Positions 8,771 through 17,091 of a stretch of 27,984 nucleotides of DNA are shown here, piece by piece; positions within the stretch are counted from its first letter, which is position 1; each line of letters begins with the position of its first letter. The stretch covers positions 1 through 27,984 of the forward strand of contig JBDRYB010000024.1 in the NCBI GenBank assembly GCA_039803205.1. The letters are read 5' to 3'. The position numbers and the translations under genes were made by a program. The notes under the pieces were generated by a model. The model worked only from the letters and a program-made list of their open reading frames with translations, had not been told where the DNA came from and did no database searches. Source of the stretch: a candidate division WOR-3 bacterium (GTDB taxonomy: Bacteria > Hydrothermota > Hydrothermia > JBDRYB01).

Positions 8771-9547
8771 TCAAGGATTAGAGAGCCAACCAAGATAGAT
8801 CAGCTTGACCTCTCCCCAGAGCCATACCTCAGAAAGATCGCTGTTAGCGCGAATCCTGAGAACCCCTCCTCTGGTTTCGGCCTCAACCTCGCGAAGCCCG
8901 GAACCCTTCATGTGAACCAAGGCCGCTGCCGCGGCGCCGGTAGCGCATGATAGGGGCTCAGAAGGGTAACCGTGCTCTATGGTCCTGACGAATATCCTCC
9001 CGGGACTTTCCGCCTCAGCGAAGTTCAGGTGCGCCTCCGGAAGCTGGAAGAATCTCGCCATCTCATCCTTCATGGCGAAGATGTCCTTATCGGATAGGCC
9101 AAATGTGAAAACAACCGCGTGCTTCACCCCAGTATCAACAATGGCCCAAGGATGGCCCCCGAGGATGCTCTGAGCCGATGGAAGCGTGAGCTCAGAGGCA
9201 CCTCCCAGGTTAAGCCAGACTCCGCCCCTTTCAAACCGGGCCGTGTAAATCCTCCCCTGGGCTGAGAACCTTGCCTCATCCTTACCCGTGAGGCCTATGG
9301 CCCGCGCGAAAAAAGGGAGCGCCCTTGCCGCGTTGCCGCAGAACGGAACCTGGTTTCCCATGTAGTTGTAATATGTGAAGGCAAAATCAGCATCACTGGT
9401 AGAAAGCGGAACAATAACGCCATCAGCGCCAATTTGATCGGGCTGGCAATACCTCCTGGCGAAATCTGAGAGCTCAAGGCCATTTATGTCCTCTGGCCAA
9501 AGGGCAATGAAGTGGTTTCCCGTTGCCGAGAGCTTGGCGAATTTCAT
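8771..9547 (-). CDS. dapF: Diaminopimelate epimerase family protein (divergent)
   Basis: MKFAKLSATGNHF, IGADG, FCGNAAR, DTGVKH, EPLSCATGA; both catalytic cysteine positions are present. Confidence 0.8.
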   Translation of the reverse strand: MKFAKLSATGNHFIALWPEDINGLELSDFARRYCQPDQIGADGVIVPLSTSDADFAFTYYNYMGNQVPFCGNAARALPFFARAIGLTGKDEARFSAQGRIYTARFERGGVWLNLGGASELTLPSAQSILGGHPWAIVDTGVKHAVVFTFGLSDKDIFAMKDEMARFFQLPEAHLNFAEAESPGRIFVRTIEHGYPSEPLSCATGAAAAALVHMKGSGLREVEAETRGGVLRIRANSDLSEVWLWGEVKLIYLGWLSNP

Positions 9548-9705
9548 GTTGCTGGAAATTATACTCTCCAGCAGAATAGAGGGGCAAAGTCGCGCATAGC
9601 TCCAAAAATAAGATCACCGAAGAGGTATGGGATTAAGATATGGAGGTATGAACAGGATGTCAAGGAGAGCAACGTATGAGCTGGTCCTGAGAGGGGCCAA
9701 GGACC

Positions 9706-9743
9706 GTAGTGTTTCAAAATTCCGGATCACCGAACCAAGGGTC
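9706..9743 (+). repeat. 38-bp IS-end-like dispersed repeat
   Basis: gtagtgtttcaaaattccggatcaccgaaccaagggtc; 37/38 identical to the reverse complement of 15496-15533. Confidence 0.85.
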
Positions 9744-9768
9744 TTTGATCCCCGCGGCGGACATAGGG

Positions 9769-9790
9769 TATAATTTTGGAGCTAAAGGAG
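9769..9790 (+). promoter_or_regulatory. -10 box and Shine-Dalgarno of gcvH
   Basis: TATAAT 9769-9774, AAGGAG 9785-9790, ATG 9798. Confidence 0.65.
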
Positions 9791-9797
9791 CTGAGCC

Positions 9798-10187
9798 ATG
9801 AATATACCTGAAAACCTTTTTTACACCAAGGAACACGAGTGGGCGAGGATAGAGAACGGCGAGGCTTTCTTCGGGATAACCGACTACGCGCAGAGCATGC
9901 TCTCCGATATCGTGTATCTAGATCTCCCAGAGGTCGGGAGGCAGGTCAAGCAGTTTGAGGCATACGGCGCGGTTGAGGCAGTGAAGGCCGCTTCTGACAT
10001 ATACGCTCCCCTTTCCGGAGAGATAATCTCCGTGAACGAGGCCGTGAAGGCTGAACCTGGTTTGGTGAACCGCGATCCGTATGGCGATGGTTGGCTCGTG
10101 AAGGTGAAGCTCTCCGATCCAAACGAGAAGGCCAACCTGATGTCAGCCGCGGATTACTCGGCATACATAGCCACCCTGGAGCACTGA
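9798..10187 (+). CDS. gcvH: Glycine cleavage system H protein
   Basis: YTKEHEW, GITDYAQ, VEAVKAASDIYAPLSG (lipoyl-Lys), VNRDPYGDGWL. Confidence 0.97.
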   Translation: MNIPENLFYTKEHEWARIENGEAFFGITDYAQSMLSDIVYLDLPEVGRQVKQFEAYGAVEAVKAASDIYAPLSGEIISVNEAVKAEPGLVNRDPYGDGWLVKVKLSDPNEKANLMSAADYSAYIATLEH

Positions 10188-10188
10188 T

Positions 10189-11526
10189 ATGCCAATAGAC
10201 CACTATCTCCCCCATACCCCGGAGGAGCGGGAGGAGATGCTCAAGGCAATGGGGTTCTCCACGCTCCTTGACCTCATGAAGGCCGCTATCCCGGAACACC
10301 TGTGGACGAAGAGCGGCTTAAACCTACCTGAGCCGGTTTCAGAGGAAGAGGCCCAGGAGCTCCTGGAAGCGCTCTCAGCCCTGAACAAGACGGGCAAGGC
10401 CATATTCATTGGGGGAGGGGCATATGATTCCTATGCCCCAGCGATCGTTGATACGATCATATCCCGCTCCGAGTTCTACACCGCTTATACACCCTACCAG
10501 CCTGAGGTCTCGCAGGGGACCCTTCAAGCTATGTATGAGTTCCAATCCCTCATCTGCCAGCTGACGGGAATGGAGGTTTCCAATGCCTCTGTTTATGACG
10601 GGGCGAGCGCTCTGGCTGAGGCAATACTCATGGCCTTCAGGGTCAAAGGAGTTCACAGGGTAGCCCTACCCAAGAACCTCAATCCTCTATACAGGATGGT
10701 CTGCGAGACCTACCTTCACGGCGTCAAGCCGGAGATCGTTGATGTGGAGTATGACCAGAAGTCCGGCACGCTTTCTCTGGAAAGCCTCGCTGAGGCACTT
10801 GAGAAAGGGCCTTCTGCCTTTGTCCTCCAGCATCCTAACTTCTTCGGGGTTCTCGAAGACCCGTTTTCTGTTTCAGAGATGGTTCACCAGAAGGGCGCCT
10901 TGCTCATAGCCTTCTTTGAACCCACATCCCTCGGAATCATAGCACCACCAGGGGAATATGGGGCTGATATAGCGATTGGCGAAGCCCAGAGCCTTGGCCT
11001 TCCTTTGTCTTTCGGGGGGCCTTACCTGGGCCTTTTCACCGCCAAGATGGAATTCATAAGGCAGATGCCTGGCAGGATAGTTGGGATGACGCAGGACGCT
11101 GATGGCAAGCGGGGGTTCGTCACGACGCTTCAGACTAGGGAGCAGCACATAAGAAGGGAAAAGGCAACATCCAATATATGCACGAATCAGCAGCTCATAG
11201 CCCTGGCTGTCTCGGTCTATCTCTCATCCATGGGCAAGGAGGGGATAAGGGAGATCGCCAATCAATCCACTCAGAAGGCGCATTACCTCGCTGATAAAAT
11301 AAGCTCCCTGAAACCTTGGAGGATCACCTTCGGTGGGCCGTTTTACAGGGAGTTCGCGGTGAGCCACGAGAGGATGAACCCTTCTGATGCAATAAAGGCC
11401 CTGTCTGAGAAGGGGTTTTTCGTAGGGCCTGAGATACCAGAGCACAACTCCTTCCTTATAGCGGTTACCGAACGCAGAACGAGGGAGGAGCTTGATGCCC
11501 TGGCGGGGGCAATGTCAGAGATATAA
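10189..11526 (+). CDS. gcvPA: Glycine dehydrogenase subunit 1 (P-protein alpha)
   Basis: EFYTAYTPYQPEVSQGTLQ, NASVYDGASALAEA, FGGPYLG, LQTREQHIRREKATSNICTNQ. Confidence 0.97.
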   Translation: MPIDHYLPHTPEEREEMLKAMGFSTLLDLMKAAIPEHLWTKSGLNLPEPVSEEEAQELLEALSALNKTGKAIFIGGGAYDSYAPAIVDTIISRSEFYTAYTPYQPEVSQGTLQAMYEFQSLICQLTGMEVSNASVYDGASALAEAILMAFRVKGVHRVALPKNLNPLYRMVCETYLHGVKPEIVDVEYDQKSGTLSLESLAEALEKGPSAFVLQHPNFFGVLEDPFSVSEMVHQKGALLIAFFEPTSLGIIAPPGEYGADIAIGEAQSLGLPLSFGGPYLGLFTAKMEFIRQMPGRIVGMTQDADGKRGFVTTLQTREQHIRREKATSNICTNQQLIALAVSVYLSSMGKEGIREIANQSTQKAHYLADKISSLKPWRITFGGPFYREFAVSHERMNPSDAIKALSEKGFFVGPEIPEHNSFLIAVTERRTREELDALAGAMSEI

Positions 11527-11529
11527 ACC

Positions 11530-11913
11530 ATGTTTGGAGATAAAAAGGATAAGGGGCCAGAACCCCAGAAGAGGGTTTCTCTGGATACGGTAATAGGGCC
11601 TGGCGCGGAGATAACGGGGGATGTATCCGTCAAGGCTGGGGCAAGGATAGACGGCCGGGTAAAGGGCAATATCTCTTGTCAGGGCGAGCTGGTCATCGGG
11701 AAGGAGGGGGTCGTGGAGGGAGAGGTGAAGGCTTCTTCCGCAACGCTCTCCGGTCGGATAACCGGAAAGCTTCTTGTTGAGGGGAAAGCAGAGCTGACAT
11801 CAACTGCCAGAATGGAGGGGGATATATCCTGCGCTAAGCTGGTAATAGAGGAGGGGGCATTCTTCCAGGGACACTGCCAGATGAGCGCAAAGCCCGGTGC
11901 CCCGGCCCAGTGA
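11530..11913 (+). CDS. Bactofilin / polymer-forming cytoskeletal protein (CcmA family)
   Basis: TVIGPGAEITGDV..RIDGRVKGNI..LVIGKEGVVEGEV..LVIEEGAFFQGHCQM beta-helix pattern. Confidence 0.93.
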   Translation: MFGDKKDKGPEPQKRVSLDTVIGPGAEITGDVSVKAGARIDGRVKGNISCQGELVIGKEGVVEGEVKASSATLSGRITGKLLVEGKAELTSTARMEGDISCAKLVIEEGAFFQGHCQMSAKPGAPAQ

Positions 11914-11920
11914 GCGGCCC

Positions 11921-13534
11921 ATGAGTGGAATCCTCTTAGCCTCAATTGGGGTTTTGATCCTAATAACAGGATATTTCACATACGGCCGGCTCGCGGGGAG
12001 GATATTCGGCGTCTCATCTGATAACCCGACACCAGCGTTTTCAAGAAGAGACGGGGTTGATTATGTTCCCGCAAAGGGTTGGCTTGTCCTCTTTGGCCAC
12101 CATTTTTCATCCATAGCAGGCGCTGGGCCCATTGTTGGTCCCATAATAGCCATTATGACCTGGGGATGGGCGCCTGCCATAGCCTGGGTCATCCTCGGCA
12201 CCATATTCGCCGGAGGGGTTCACGATTTTGGATCACTGATGGTCTCTCTGAGAAGGGAAGGGACATCCATATCCGATGCTTCAGAGGCCATGATATCCAG
12301 GTGGGCCAAGATCATGTTCTCGCTTTTCGTTCTCCTGGCGCTCTTGCTGGTTGTCGCTGTGTTTGCTGTTCTAGCGGCCGAGTCTATGGTGACGGTCAAG
12401 GGCGTCATCCCACCAGCGGTTGGCCTCATCCCGGTCGCTGTTTTGGTGGGGTTTCTCCTCTACAGAACAAAAACCCCATCCTGGCTGGGGACATTGATTG
12501 GGCTCGCTTGTCTCTTTGGCCTCCTCCTTTTGGGAGCGGCTTGGCGCTTTCCAACCGGCCCGGTCTGGGCCTGGACAGCTGGGCTTCTCGTCTACGCGTA
12601 TATTGCCTCTGTTACCCCTGTTCAATACCTGCTCCAGCCAAGGGATTACCTTTCGGCCTTCCTACTCTTTGCTGGGCTAATCATGGGCTATCTCGGGGTA
12701 TTCCTGAGCAGGCCCGAGATCGCCGCGCCCGCTTTCACCGGTTTCCTGCCAAAAGGAAGCCCTCTGTGGCCCATGCTGTTTGTCACTGTTGCATGCGGAG
12801 CAATATCCGGGTTCCACTCCCTCATCGCCTCGGGCACCACATCAAAGCAGTTGGCGTCAGAGGCACACGCTCAGAGAATAGGATACGGCGCTATGGTAGC
12901 AGAGGGCCTGCTTTCTGTAATGGTTATAGTAATGGTGGGCGCGATAGGCTCCGGCCTTTCCGGCAACCCAATAAACATCTTTGGAAGGGCATACGACCTT
13001 TCCCTTCCCTTTCTCGGCGGATACGGAGGGATATTTGGGGTGATAATCCTGAACGCCTTCATACTCACGACCCTTGATACGGCAACGCGGATAGGCAGAT
13101 ATATATTCTCGGAGCTCACGGGCATCAGGAACCGCTGGATAGCTACAGCAATAGTCATAGCCCCCTCGGCGGCCCTCGCGTTCACTGGCTCCTGGAAGGT
13201 GATATGGCCGCTCTTCGGATCAGCCAATCAGCTTACCGCGGCCTTGGCCCTCTTGGTCATAACATCCTGGCTCCTATCGCGCAAAAAGCCCTGCTACATA
13301 ACCCTAATACCCGCTATTTTCATGCTCATCACAACCATCGGGGCCCTTCTCTGGCAGGCATGGAATTTATCGTGCGGTTTGGGGCGGCATCCTGCCATGA
13401 ATTCCGTGCTTCTTCTCATAACGCTCTCGCTTCTAGGGCTTTCGGTTGCCATGAGCGCGATAACCATCGCCTCCTGGGCCCGAAGGCGCGGCCAGCAGTG
13501 TTTCAAGATTCCGGAACGCCGAAAGTCGTCCTGA
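11921..13534 (+). CDS. cstA: Carbon starvation CstA family transporter
   Basis: TPA..DGVDYVP, LFGHHFSSIAGAGPIVGP, LLQPRDYL, ACGAISGFHSL, TTLDTATR, IWPLFGSANQL. Start placed at ATG 11921. Confidence 0.95.
   Translation: MSGILLASIGVLILITGYFTYGRLAGRIFGVSSDNPTPAFSRRDGVDYVPAKGWLVLFGHHFSSIAGAGPIVGPIIAIMTWGWAPAIAWVILGTIFAGGVHDFGSLMVSLRREGTSISDASEAMISRWAKIMFSLFVLLALLLVVAVFAVLAAESMVTVKGVIPPAVGLIPVAVLVGFLLYRTKTPSWLGTLIGLACLFGLLLLGAAWRFPTGPVWAWTAGLLVYAYIASVTPVQYLLQPRDYLSAFLLFAGLIMGYLGVFLSRPEIAAPAFTGFLPKGSPLWPMLFVTVACGAISGFHSLIASGTTSKQLASEAHAQRIGYGAMVAEGLLSVMVIVMVGAIGSGLSGNPINIFGRAYDLSLPFLGGYGGIFGVIILNAFILTTLDTATRIGRYIFSELTGIRNRWIATAIVIAPSAALAFTGSWKVIWPLFGSANQLTAALALLVITSWLLSRKKPCYITLIPAIFMLITTIGALLWQAWNLSCGLGRHPAMNSVLLLITLSLLGLSVAMSAITIASWARRRGQQCFKIPERRKSS
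13495..13523 (+). repeat. Degenerate copy of the 38-bp repeat inside the cstA 3' end
   Basis: gcagtgtttcaagattccggaacgccgaa; 25/29 identical to 9706-9734. Confidence 0.7.
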
Positions 13535-13608
13535 AGAGTAGAACCAGGGCTCGTAATGGCGCTTGGTGCCTTTTGGCCCGGAGCGTTTTATCGCATGATA
13601 ATATGGAC

Positions 13609-14682
13609 ATGAGGATATTGTTGACGGCCTTTAGCATCCTTCTCCTATGTTGTGTGCCCAAAAGGGGGCTTGAGCAACCCCTTGAGCTCATGCTCTATGG
13701 AGCTGAGCGCAAACTGCAGGAGGGGGATCCCAGCGGAGCAATAGAGATATACAAGGAGATATTGGAGGTAGTGAATGCTCCTGAGGCCTGGTTCGGGATG
13801 TCAAAGGCGTATCTGGCCCTCTCCGATACCAGTGGCGCAATGAGGTCTTATTTTAGGGGAATCCTGGCGCAGGAAGAGCAGGAGCAATCCGATCCTTATT
13901 ACTGGATGAGGATGGGTTACCTTTTCAGCCGGAGGGGGGAGACCGAGAGGGCCATGGAGGCTTTCAAAAAAGCGCTTTCCCTGGCACCTGATGACGCGAA
14001 GGCCTGGAACAACATGGGGGTTATACACTATGAGAAAGGGGAGTATGAGAGGGCGATCCCCTGTTTCAAAAAGGCAATCGCCCTTGACCCGAACGATCAG
14101 AGGTTCTGGTATAACCTGGGCCTCGCCTATCACCACATAGGGGCCTATGAGGACGCGATATCTGCCTACAACGCCTCGTTGCACATAGAGGAAGCAAGGG
14201 CAAAGGTTTGGAACGATCTCGGCGTCACATACAGAATCAAGGGTGAGTGGGAGAAGGCCCTGATGTGCTACGACAGGGCACTCGCTTTGGCGCCCGAGGA
14301 CCCTGACATATGGTTCAACAAGGGGCTTCTCCTCAAGAGAATGGGAAAGAGCGAGGAGGCCATGTATTGTTTCATGAAGCAGGCGGAGTTCGCTGTTTCC
14401 TGGAAGGCTTACCTTCAAGCGGGGAAAATGGCATCAGACCTCAACAAGTTTCCTCTTGCTTGGAATCTCTTGGACAGGGCTCTTTACTACAAGCCGAGGA
14501 GCGCTCTTGTTTGGGCTGTCAGGGTCTATGCTGGCTACAAGGAGGCCGGGTTAGCGAGGGCAAGGGAGGAGACGGTCGCATCCGAGAGATACCTTGACGA
14601 GAAAGCAAAAGAGAGGGTTATGGGCGCGTATACCAGATGTGTTTTGGAGCTTATCAAGAAGATAAGGGTCTTTTTCCGCTAG
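13609..14682 (+). CDS. TPR-repeat protein, probable lipoprotein
   Basis: Multiple W-x-N-(L/M)-G..Y..A..A-L-x-L-x-P repeats; MRILLTAFSILLLCC signal. The supplied start 13204 overlaps cstA and was moved to 13609 (13603 is an alternative). Confidence 0.88.
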   Translation: MRILLTAFSILLLCCVPKRGLEQPLELMLYGAERKLQEGDPSGAIEIYKEILEVVNAPEAWFGMSKAYLALSDTSGAMRSYFRGILAQEEQEQSDPYYWMRMGYLFSRRGETERAMEAFKKALSLAPDDAKAWNNMGVIHYEKGEYERAIPCFKKAIALDPNDQRFWYNLGLAYHHIGAYEDAISAYNASLHIEEARAKVWNDLGVTYRIKGEWEKALMCYDRALALAPEDPDIWFNKGLLLKRMGKSEEAMYCFMKQAEFAVSWKAYLQAGKMASDLNKFPLAWNLLDRALYYKPRSALVWAVRVYAGYKEAGLARAREETVASERYLDEKAKERVMGAYTRCVLELIKKIRVFFR

Positions 14683-14713
14683 GCTCTTCATGCGCTGAGT
14701 TATTGAGGGATTA

Positions 14714-15268
14714 TTATTCTGGGGCCTTTATACCTTCCTCTAGCCTTTTGCCTTCGGTTATTAGGAGAAATAGCCTCGTCTTTGTTGAGGATGGGTGGGT
14801 TTCAGGGCTTCCGGTAGCTGTCTGCGCGAGCGCGAAACCCAGAAACGGCGAGATGATAGCGAGTGGAAGAGAGAGTTTTTCCTTTAGTTCATCGCTCATG
14901 GCCGCGGTTATGGCGAGAGCAGTTATTTCGGCAAAAGCGCCTCCGGCAAGCGAGACGAGGAACCTATCCTTTCTTGAGTAGATTATCCTCTCGTGCAGAG
15001 GAAGAAAGACCAAGATGGAGTCAATCTCCTTGTGCTTTAGCCACACAGGCCTATTGCCTATGCTTATTACCAAAAACTCTTTGGTCAGGCCCTGGTATGT
15101 TCCAAGGATAACCTCTTGCCCGGAGAAGACCTTGACCCTTTCATCCATGAGGAGATTGGAGACCACCGTGTCCTCAAGTATGGAAAGATCGGATATAGTG
15201 GCTGTCTCGGAGCGAATTGCTGAAAAAAGGACAACGAACACCATCCCAGAAATTATAAATCCACCCAT
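14714..15268 (-). CDS. Hypothetical membrane protein
   Basis: N-terminal hydrophobic segment, small beta domain (RVKVF..ILGTYQG..LVI..IDSILV) and two C-terminal hydrophobic helices; fills the gap between neighbouring genes. Confidence 0.65.
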   Translation of the reverse strand: MGGFIISGMVFVVLFSAIRSETATISDLSILEDTVVSNLLMDERVKVFSGQEVILGTYQGLTKEFLVISIGNRPVWLKHKEIDSILVFLPLHERIIYSRKDRFLVSLAGGAFAEITALAITAAMSDELKEKLSLPLAIISPFLGFALAQTATGSPETHPSSTKTRLFLLITEGKRLEEGIKAPE

Positions 15269-15270
15269 AA

Positions 15271-15533
15271 TACCGTTTCAGTCTCTCGCTTAGCTCAGAG
15301 GCCCCTGAGAGCCAGGATACCTTGAGCCGCTTCTGAACCTCTTCACCTCAACGAGGCGTAGCATACTCAAGGTGAGAACAGAAAGCGGCAGGCCGATGAG
15401 CTGACCAGCCTCAGAGGCCCCCAAAGAGGCTCTTGCCATATCTCCCTGAGGAGACAGCTGATGAGCTGGAGCTCAGACAGCGCCTTAACCCTGTGGACCC
15501 TTGGTTCGGTGATCTGGAATTTTGAAACACTAC
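15271..15533. mobile_element. About 260-bp MITE-like or IS remnant
   Basis: Bounded by TA-CCGTTTCA and TGAAACAC-TA. The right 38 bp recur at 9706. A plus-strand frame 15400-15525 without a start codon stops inside the right end. Confidence 0.55.
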
Positions 15534-16630
15534 AGACCCCCGGGCCTGTATATTCTCTTCACCCTCCTCCCTATCCCGGTAAGGATGTCGTAGGGGATTG
15601 TCCCGGCCTGCTCAGCTAGATCAAGAGCGGTTATCTCCTCGTCCCCATCCCTGCCTATTATGGTGGCAACATCCCCCACCTGGGGCAAGGGCTCCTCAGA
15701 CGCGTCCACCATTATGGAGTCCATGCAAACGACCCCCCGGACCCTTCTCCTCTTCCCCCTTATTATTACCTGGCCAATATTCGCGAGGACAGGGGGATAA
15801 CCATCCTCGTATCCAACCCCGACAACTGCTATCCTCTTCGGTTTTCCCGGAACATAAAGGGCCCTGTATGAGACTCCGTGGCCGGGTGGCATTTCCTTTA
15901 CCTGGATCACCCTTGAGCGTAGGCTCAGCGCTGGCATGAGAGCAAGGGCCTTGGTGTATGAGCGATCCGGCGGACACCCGTATATGGCTATGCCCGGCCT
16001 CACACCATCAAGGTGGGTCTCTGGGAATCTCATGAGAGCTGGGGAGCTTGCCGCGTGCCTGAGAACGCCAGGAGGCAAGCCTCTAGTTGCGGACAGGAAC
16101 CTCTCCAGCTGAGCCTGAGTCATTTCCTCATCGGCGCCCTTTGAGAAGTGGGTGAAAACCCCCTCAAGCAAGAGCTCTGGATGCGCGGCAACCTTTTCAA
16201 GAGCCTCAGGAACCTCATCCGGAAGAAAGCCTGTCCTACCCATTCCCGTGTCTATCTCCATGTGAACCCGCGCTATCTTTCCCAGATTCCTCGCCGAGGC
16301 GATCGCGGCCTCCAGGCTCTCCCACGAGCCAATTGTAAGCAGGGCGCCTTTTGCTATAGCCTCCGTCGCTCCCTCCTCGTCCGGAACCGGATAAAGGATG
16401 AGGAGAGGCTTTTTGATGCCATAATCCAGAACCTGCAGGGCTTCGTTCACGGTCGCGACAGCGAACATATCCGCCTCATCCATGCGCTTTATTGCCTCAC
16501 GAACCCAGTGCCCATAAGCATCAGCCTTCACTACTGCGATTATCTTCCTGCCGAGGACTAACTTTCTTATCTGTCTGAGGTTGTGGCCGAATGCCTCGGG
16601 ATCCACATCGCACCAACACCGGTCCGCCAT
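15530..16630 (-). CDS. alr: Alanine racemase
   Basis: AVVKADAYGH (PLP-Lys), HMEIDTGMGRTG, GVFTHF, VRPGIAIYG, GVSY, GYEDGY, VCMD. Start ATG 16630 with SD GAGGT. Confidence 0.95.
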   Translation of the reverse strand: MADRCWCDVDPEAFGHNLRQIRKLVLGRKIIAVVKADAYGHWVREAIKRMDEADMFAVATVNEALQVLDYGIKKPLLILYPVPDEEGATEAIAKGALLTIGSWESLEAAIASARNLGKIARVHMEIDTGMGRTGFLPDEVPEALEKVAAHPELLLEGVFTHFSKGADEEMTQAQLERFLSATRGLPPGVLRHAASSPALMRFPETHLDGVRPGIAIYGCPPDRSYTKALALMPALSLRSRVIQVKEMPPGHGVSYRALYVPGKPKRIAVVGVGYEDGYPPVLANIGQVIIRGKRRRVRGVVCMDSIMVDASEEPLPQVGDVATIIGRDGDEEITALDLAEQAGTIPYDILTGIGRRVKRIYRPGGL

Positions 16631-16632
16631 CT

Positions 16633-17091
16633 CTACCTCGGGGTGAGTCCCGCTACCAGGCCTATCCCGAACGATAGGAGAACCGAGCTCCTTCCCGGAT
16701 ATGCCCTGGTGAAACCCAGAACCCCAACCCGGGCCTTCTCTCCCGCATAGAAAACCGAGCCTTCTGCCTCCGCGACGAAGCCGAGGCCCCACTCGGATGC
16801 CTCGCTGTGGGTTCTCATGAGCCATGTTGGGCCGGCGGAGAGACCCAGGCTGAAGGCCCTGTTTGGAGCATATGAGACTCCGCCCATCAGAGAGAGGCCT
16901 GTCGCGTGATAGAAGCCATCTCCCCTGCTACGGAAGTCCTCTGCCAGGAGCGTTCCTGAGAATAGGCCAGCGACCGCGTTGATCTCAGTCCAATAGCCCA
17001 ATCCGGATATCTTTCCCGTTTCCCCTGATGGGATTGACACCCCAAAGCCAAAGCCTGGAGCCAGAGCCGCCAGAAAGATGAACGGGTTCAT
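16633..17091 (-). CDS. Small secreted protein, probable outer-membrane beta-barrel
   Basis: Short signal peptide, GFGFGVSIPSG and alternating amphipathic Gly/aromatic strands; ATGA overlap with pmbA. Confidence 0.65.
   Translation of the reverse strand: MNPFIFLAALAPGFGFGVSIPSGETGKISGLGYWTEINAVAGLFSGTLLAEDFRSRGDGFYHATGLSLMGGVSYAPNRAFSLGLSAGPTWLMRTHSEASEWGLGFVAEAEGSVFYAGEKARVGVLGFTRAYPGRSSVLLSFGIGLVAGLTPR

Noticed and set aside
9590..9790. Glycine riboswitch upstream of gcvH (CACCGAAG and GGAGAG words present)
   Set aside because: The words are in the wrong order, there is no CTCTCAGG element, and a -10 box lies just upstream of the SD, leaving no room for an aptamer in the transcript.
12079..13077. 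332-aa alternative-frame ORF
   Set aside because: Lies wholly within cstA in another frame, with atypical Arg/Pro/His-rich composition.
13204..13608. N-terminal extensions in the ORF track (TPR 13204, also mrp 2054, alr 16825, pmbA 18470, PHP 23355, propeller 27464)
   Set aside because: They overlap neighbouring genes or hairpins; family homology and start signals begin at downstream codons.
15458..15490. Hammerhead ribozyme (CTGATGA followed by a short GCTG/CAGC stem)
   Set aside because: The required GAAA after stem II is absent (the sequence continues GCCT).
15496..15533. CRISPR repeat (contains TTGAAAC, about 38 bp)
   Set aside because: Copies are dispersed and in both orientations, with no spacer periodicity and no cas genes; identity extends past GAAAC, as expected for an IS end.
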